From IMG/VR virus record IMGVR_UViG_3300044768_000009, positions 1 to 27,873 of that record: a stretch of 27,873 nt of DNA, one strand, 5' to 3'. The notes under the pieces were generated by a model that made no database searches, was not told the origin of the DNA, and worked only from the letters and a program-made list of their open reading frames with translations. Below are positions 23,932 through 27,873 of the stretch, piece by piece (position 1 is the stretch's first letter; each line of letters opens with the position of its first letter). The DNA is from a virus (Duplodnaviria > Caudoviricetes). The translations under genes and the position numbers were made by a program.

Positions 23932-25074
23932 ATGGCCGGATTCCAAACATTTTCGTTAGGCGACGTCCTCTCTACAGCTGAATCGATCAAAGGCGCCCGC
24001 CGGCAATCGAAACTCGATGAACTTCGCGAGATCTCCACGCGTCAGCAGATCGACATTCAGGGTCAACAAGCAAAGCAAGCGCAGACTCAGTTCACCGAGC
24101 AACAGCGCTTGGAAAATACGCGGTGGCTTGCGAATGCGACAGATCAGGTTCTGGCGATCACTGATCCCGCGCAGCAGATGGAGACGCTGAAGACGCTGGG
24201 CGAGGAGGGCAAGCGACGTGGAATCCTCGCGCCCAACGCAGATCTGAGCGGCGTGGATATGGCGAAGCTTGCGCAGTTGAATCGGAATGCGAAGCTGTCG
24301 CTGGGATCCGCTCCGCAACAAGAAACGATTCGCGATGAGAGCGGTGCAGTGTTGCAGCGTGATCCGACTACAGGCGCACTTAAGCAAGTGGTGGCGCCGC
24401 AGAAGCCCGCGCCCGTTGATCATTTCGCCGAAGCTGAGGCGGGCCGCAATGCGCGCGCAGCGCAGACGCCGAAAGGCCAGTTCCGAGCGCTGAACGCTCA
24501 GGAAATTGAAGCCGCTGGCCTGCCTGCCGGCTCCTCGGCGCAGATTGATGAGGGCACGGGGAAAATTGATGTGCTGTCCAAGAGAGACGCTACCGCGGCA
24601 CTGAGCCAGAAAGATGCAACCGCGGCTAAACTGAAACTTACGACTATCCAGGTTGGCAGAAGGCAACTGGAGAACATCAGGAAGGCGTTTGAAGAAGGCC
24701 GGACAGGTATAAATGCTTTCGGTCCAGGGCAAGGTCTTCTGCCAACGCAGGCCGGAAAGAAATTTGACGCAGCTATCAACCAGATTCGCGGCACATGGAC
24801 TGCGCTGAAGCGAGTGCCCGGAATCGGGTCGATGTCTGACTACGAATCCAAAATGGATGCCGCTCAGTTTCCTGGGCGAAACGATTACGAGTCTGTGATT
24901 GAACAGAAACTGCAGGACATGGAAGATCAGTTGGCACTGCTCGAGAACGGCTATTCGGGGCTGTTGAGCGGTGGCAGCGGCAGCAATTCAGCCAACGCCA
25001 CCGAGCAGGCATCACCGAAATCAGGCGCGACTTATAAGCACGCCAGTGGTGCCACCGTCGAGATTCTTCAGTAA
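23932..25074 (+). CDS. DNA ejection protein (second internal virion protein, gp20-like position)
   Basis: Helical Q/A-rich 380 aa; VPGIGSMSDYE motif; synteny. Confidence 0.65.
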   Translation: MAGFQTFSLGDVLSTAESIKGARRQSKLDELREISTRQQIDIQGQQAKQAQTQFTEQQRLENTRWLANATDQVLAITDPAQQMETLKTLGEEGKRRGILAPNADLSGVDMAKLAQLNRNAKLSLGSAPQQETIRDESGAVLQRDPTTGALKQVVAPQKPAPVDHFAEAEAGRNARAAQTPKGQFRALNAQEIEAAGLPAGSSAQIDEGTGKIDVLSKRDATAALSQKDATAAKLKLTTIQVGRRQLENIRKAFEEGRTGINAFGPGQGLLPTQAGKKFDAAINQIRGTWTALKRVPGIGSMSDYESKMDAAQFPGRNDYESVIEQKLQDMEDQLALLENGYSGLLSGGSGSNSANATEQASPKSGATYKHASGATVEILQ

Positions 25075-27221
25075 TGAGTGAGGCCATTGTCACCTTGCCG
25101 GACGGGCGCAAGGCTAAAGTTACTTTTGAGTCGCAAGAGCAGTTGGATGCGACGGTCAATGACCTTGTCGAGCACGCTCAACCAGCGGCAGAGCCGCCAA
25201 CAAAGCCTGTTGATAATCGCCCCGTCGGTGATCTCGCGGACGTCATCATGGACCCGCTGCGCGTAGTTGGAACATCGGCAGTGGCGGCTCCTGTCGCTGG
25301 CATCGCCGGATTGGGCGCGGCGGCGGGTAAAGCCATGGGATTGACTGACGCGCAACCCGAAGATGTCGTCGAACGCGTTCAAGCCGCGATGACCTATCAG
25401 CCAAGAACAAAAGTCGGACAAGCGACGACGCGCGCGCTGATGTGGCCATTCGAAAAATTGACCGAGGGCGCCGACTGGCTCGGGCAAAAAGTGGCCGATG
25501 CGACCGGATCACCGGCCGCCGGCGCCGCAGTAAAAACGGCTGTCCAAATTGTTCCGGCGGTGGCGCTGCGCCGCGCTCCGGGTGGCAAATCAGAGCCAAA
25601 GGCCGCTGATTTGTCCCTAGTTGAGGAATCGGCGCCAACTCAGACCGCCATACCGGCACAAGCCCCGCCAGTCCAGACTACGGTCGCGCGTCCGGCACAG
25701 AGATCGCCCGCCCAGGCGACCGAACCTGCGTATGTCGCGCCTGATCTGGTCCTGCAGACAGAAGCCAGAAATCGGCCGTCCTCTGCTAAAATAGACCCCA
25801 CCCAAAAAGCTGCTGAAACCCGCGCCAGAGACTATGTCACTCGCACTGCTGGTGTGGATTGGAATGCTTTGCCTCGTGAGGTCCAGGCTTCGCTCGTTGA
25901 AGTGGCGAAGGATGCCAATAACCTCGCAACCCTGGACGCACGAGGGCTCGCCAGACAGGTCCAGCTCCAGGCCCTTCCCAAGCCTGTCCCCGCTACTCAA
26001 GGTCAGCTCACGCGCGATCCGGTTCAGCTTCGCAACGAGGGTAACGTATCGGCTACGAAAGCCGGGGAACCCATTCGACAAATCCACCTGGACCAAAACC
26101 AAGCGCTACTCGACAACCTTGATATTCTGAAAGGGCGAGTCGCAAACAAGACGAATCCGGCGCAGACCGCAGAAGCGGTTGGCATCTCAGTGCAGGATCA
26201 GGCGTTGCGGGCAAAGCTCGAGCTTTCTAGGCGGGGCGTCAAGGAAAAGTACGCCGCTGCGGAAGCGGCTGGCGAATTGCAAGCCAAAGCCTCGCCCGTG
26301 CTAATTCTAAGAACGATCGCCGCATCACCCGACAAAACTCACTTCGGCTGGGTTCAGTCGTGGATGAATGAAATGGGCGTCGTACAGAAGACGACGAAGG
26401 GCACGATCACAAGAAAGCTCACGTTGAAGGAAATGGAGGATTTGCGCCAAGCAGCAGTTGCCCGCGCAATGGATGGTGGAACCGAAGGTTTCTACGCCGG
26501 CAAGGTGATCTCCGCCATTGATCAAGCAACGGAGGGAGTGGGCGGAAATCTCTATAAGGAGGCACGTGCCGCGCGGCGCGCTCAAGCGCTGGAGTTCGAG
26601 GAGACCGGCGCCATCGCCAGACTGGTCGAGAACAAAAGCCGCACCGATCGCGCAACCGCGCTGGAAGACACATGGCGCAAGACCGTCATTGGCGGATCAG
26701 TGCAGGATCTGCGCAACGTCAAGCGCAGCCTGCTCACCGGAGGAGATCGGCAGACGAGATCGGCCGGAAAGAGAGCATGGCGCGACGTGAAGGCGCAGAC
26801 GATGCAGTACATCAAGGACGAGGCGACGAAAGGAGTGGCGCTCAACGAACGCGGTCAACCAAACGTAACGCCGGCCGCGATGAAGCGCGCTATCGATTCT
26901 ATCGGCAAAGAAAAGATCGACGAGATCTTCGGGTCAGGCACAGCCGTCCAGTTGAATCGAATCATGGAGGCTGCGCGGACCGTAAAGACCGTGCCGCCCG
27001 CCGGACACGCCGGCTCATCGACCATGAGCAATCTGTTGTCATTCCTTGAGCGCGGTCTCGGCCGGGTTCCGGTCATTGGCGACGTTGGCGCTGGTGCAAT
27101 CCGCGCTGGCGTGCAGCTCAAGCAGATGGGGGAAGCCGGAAGACTGAGCAGGGAAGCGCAGCGCACTCCGCTATCAGAAGCGGAACAACAACGTATAAAA
27201 AACACGCCGTTAGATTACTGA
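25074..27221 (+). CDS. Large DNA ejection protein (gp16-like position)
   Basis: 715 aa, Ala-rich and helical; VTLPDGR N-terminus; TYQPRT motif; TAATG-coupled. Confidence 0.7.
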   Translation: MSEAIVTLPDGRKAKVTFESQEQLDATVNDLVEHAQPAAEPPTKPVDNRPVGDLADVIMDPLRVVGTSAVAAPVAGIAGLGAAAGKAMGLTDAQPEDVVERVQAAMTYQPRTKVGQATTRALMWPFEKLTEGADWLGQKVADATGSPAAGAAVKTAVQIVPAVALRRAPGGKSEPKAADLSLVEESAPTQTAIPAQAPPVQTTVARPAQRSPAQATEPAYVAPDLVLQTEARNRPSSAKIDPTQKAAETRARDYVTRTAGVDWNALPREVQASLVEVAKDANNLATLDARGLARQVQLQALPKPVPATQGQLTRDPVQLRNEGNVSATKAGEPIRQIHLDQNQALLDNLDILKGRVANKTNPAQTAEAVGISVQDQALRAKLELSRRGVKEKYAAAEAAGELQAKASPVLILRTIAASPDKTHFGWVQSWMNEMGVVQKTTKGTITRKLTLKEMEDLRQAAVARAMDGGTEGFYAGKVISAIDQATEGVGGNLYKEARAARRAQALEFEETGAIARLVENKSRTDRATALEDTWRKTVIGGSVQDLRNVKRSLLTGGDRQTRSAGKRAWRDVKAQTMQYIKDEATKGVALNERGQPNVTPAAMKRAIDSIGKEKIDEIFGSGTAVQLNRIMEAARTVKTVPPAGHAGSSTMSNLLSFLERGLGRVPVIGDVGAGAIRAGVQLKQMGEAGRLSREAQRTPLSEAEQQRIKNTPLDY

Positions 27222-27243
27222 AGTCAAAATGCATCCGCTCACC

Positions 27244-27270
27244 AAAGCCCCGCCTCGCGCGGGCTTTCTC
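27244..27270 (+). terminator. Terminator-like hairpin before the tailspike
   Basis: AAAGCCCCGC-CTCGC-GCGGGCTTT with one bulge. Confidence 0.6.
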
Positions 27271-27287
27271 ATTTATGAGGATATGAA

Positions 27288-27873
27288 GTGTCACTAGTCA
27301 CTCTGCCCAGGCAACTTGCCGTCGACATCAACGGCACTCCAAGAGTCGGGGCGCGAGCTTACTTCTACCTGCCCACGACGACAACCGAGATCACGATCTA
27401 CACCACGGCGAGCTATTCGACTCCACACACGAACCCGGTGGAATCGCTCACTGGCGGGCTTTTTCCTGCAACGTACATCGACCCATCAGTAAACCCAACC
27501 TTTAAAATTGTCATAACGGATTCCGCCGATGTCGAGATCTACAGCGATGACAACGTCCCGGCGCTGGGATTTACTGTGGTCGATATCGGGTCGCTGCTCA
27601 ACCCGCGCACCGCCGCCGAGATCGCCGCGGGCGTTACGCCGGCGAATTACACGATCCCCTCCCACGACAATGTCGGCGTCGTCTACGTGGAGCGCTACGG
27701 CACGGCCGGCAACGCCACCGCGCTCGCCAATGCCCGCCTAGTCGCGAAGCAGGCGAACGCCGTCCTGTGGATTCGTCCCGCCACCTACAGCATCTCGACT
27801 GTATTCCTGATCGATCAGGATGCGATGAATGTGCACCTGGAACGTGGGGTCACTATTTCATACACCGGCACGG
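27288..27873 (+). CDS. Tailspike protein, 3'-truncated (head-binding domain and start of beta-helix)
   Basis: Translated by hand from GTG at 27288 (GAGGA SD): MSLVTLPRQLAVDINGTPRVGARAYFY...PHTNPVES...PRTAAEIAAGVTP...VERYG...LWIRPATYSI; open to the window end. Confidence 0.82.
   Translation, partial: MSLVTLPRQLAVDINGTPRVGARAYFYLPTTTTEITIYTTASYSTPHTNPVESLTGGLFPATYIDPSVNPTFKIVITDSADVEIYSDDNVPALGFTVVDIGSLLNPRTAAEIAAGVTPANYTIPSHDNVGVVYVERYGTAGNATALANARLVAKQANAVLWIRPATYSISTVFLIDQDAMNVHLERGVTISYTGT

Noticed and set aside
27529-27741. 70-aa track ORF
   Set aside because: Alternative frame inside the tailspike gene that starts at 27288.

Overview
A GC-rich temperate-phage or prophage segment with P22/Sf6-like podovirus architecture, read almost entirely on the + strand. 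Order: small nin-type early genes (1-1861, interrupted by a divergent two-gene insert); a Q-like antiterminator; an antisense SAM-methyltransferase moron; a strong terminator; then the late operon. No holin or endolysin is recognisable after Q. Instead a ~7 kb accessory block (3439-10400) encodes a beta-helix protein, a glycosidase-like protein, a long repeat fibre, an adaptor ending in FGFGFGF and a protein resembling the RcGTA head-spike base. These proteins carry short terminal peptide motifs, and a tRNA-like RNA with an abnormal anticodon arm sits inside the block. Next come TerS, TerL, portal, staple, scaffold (with a duplicated structured leader), major capsid, decoration and tail-hub genes, a 2OG-Fe(II) oxygenase/GNAT pair, three DNA-ejection proteins split by an antisense HNH endonuclease, and the start of a tailspike. 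The best candidate for an undescribed system is the multi-part, enzyme-bearing capsid spike. All family assignments come from motif recognition and synteny; no searches were run.
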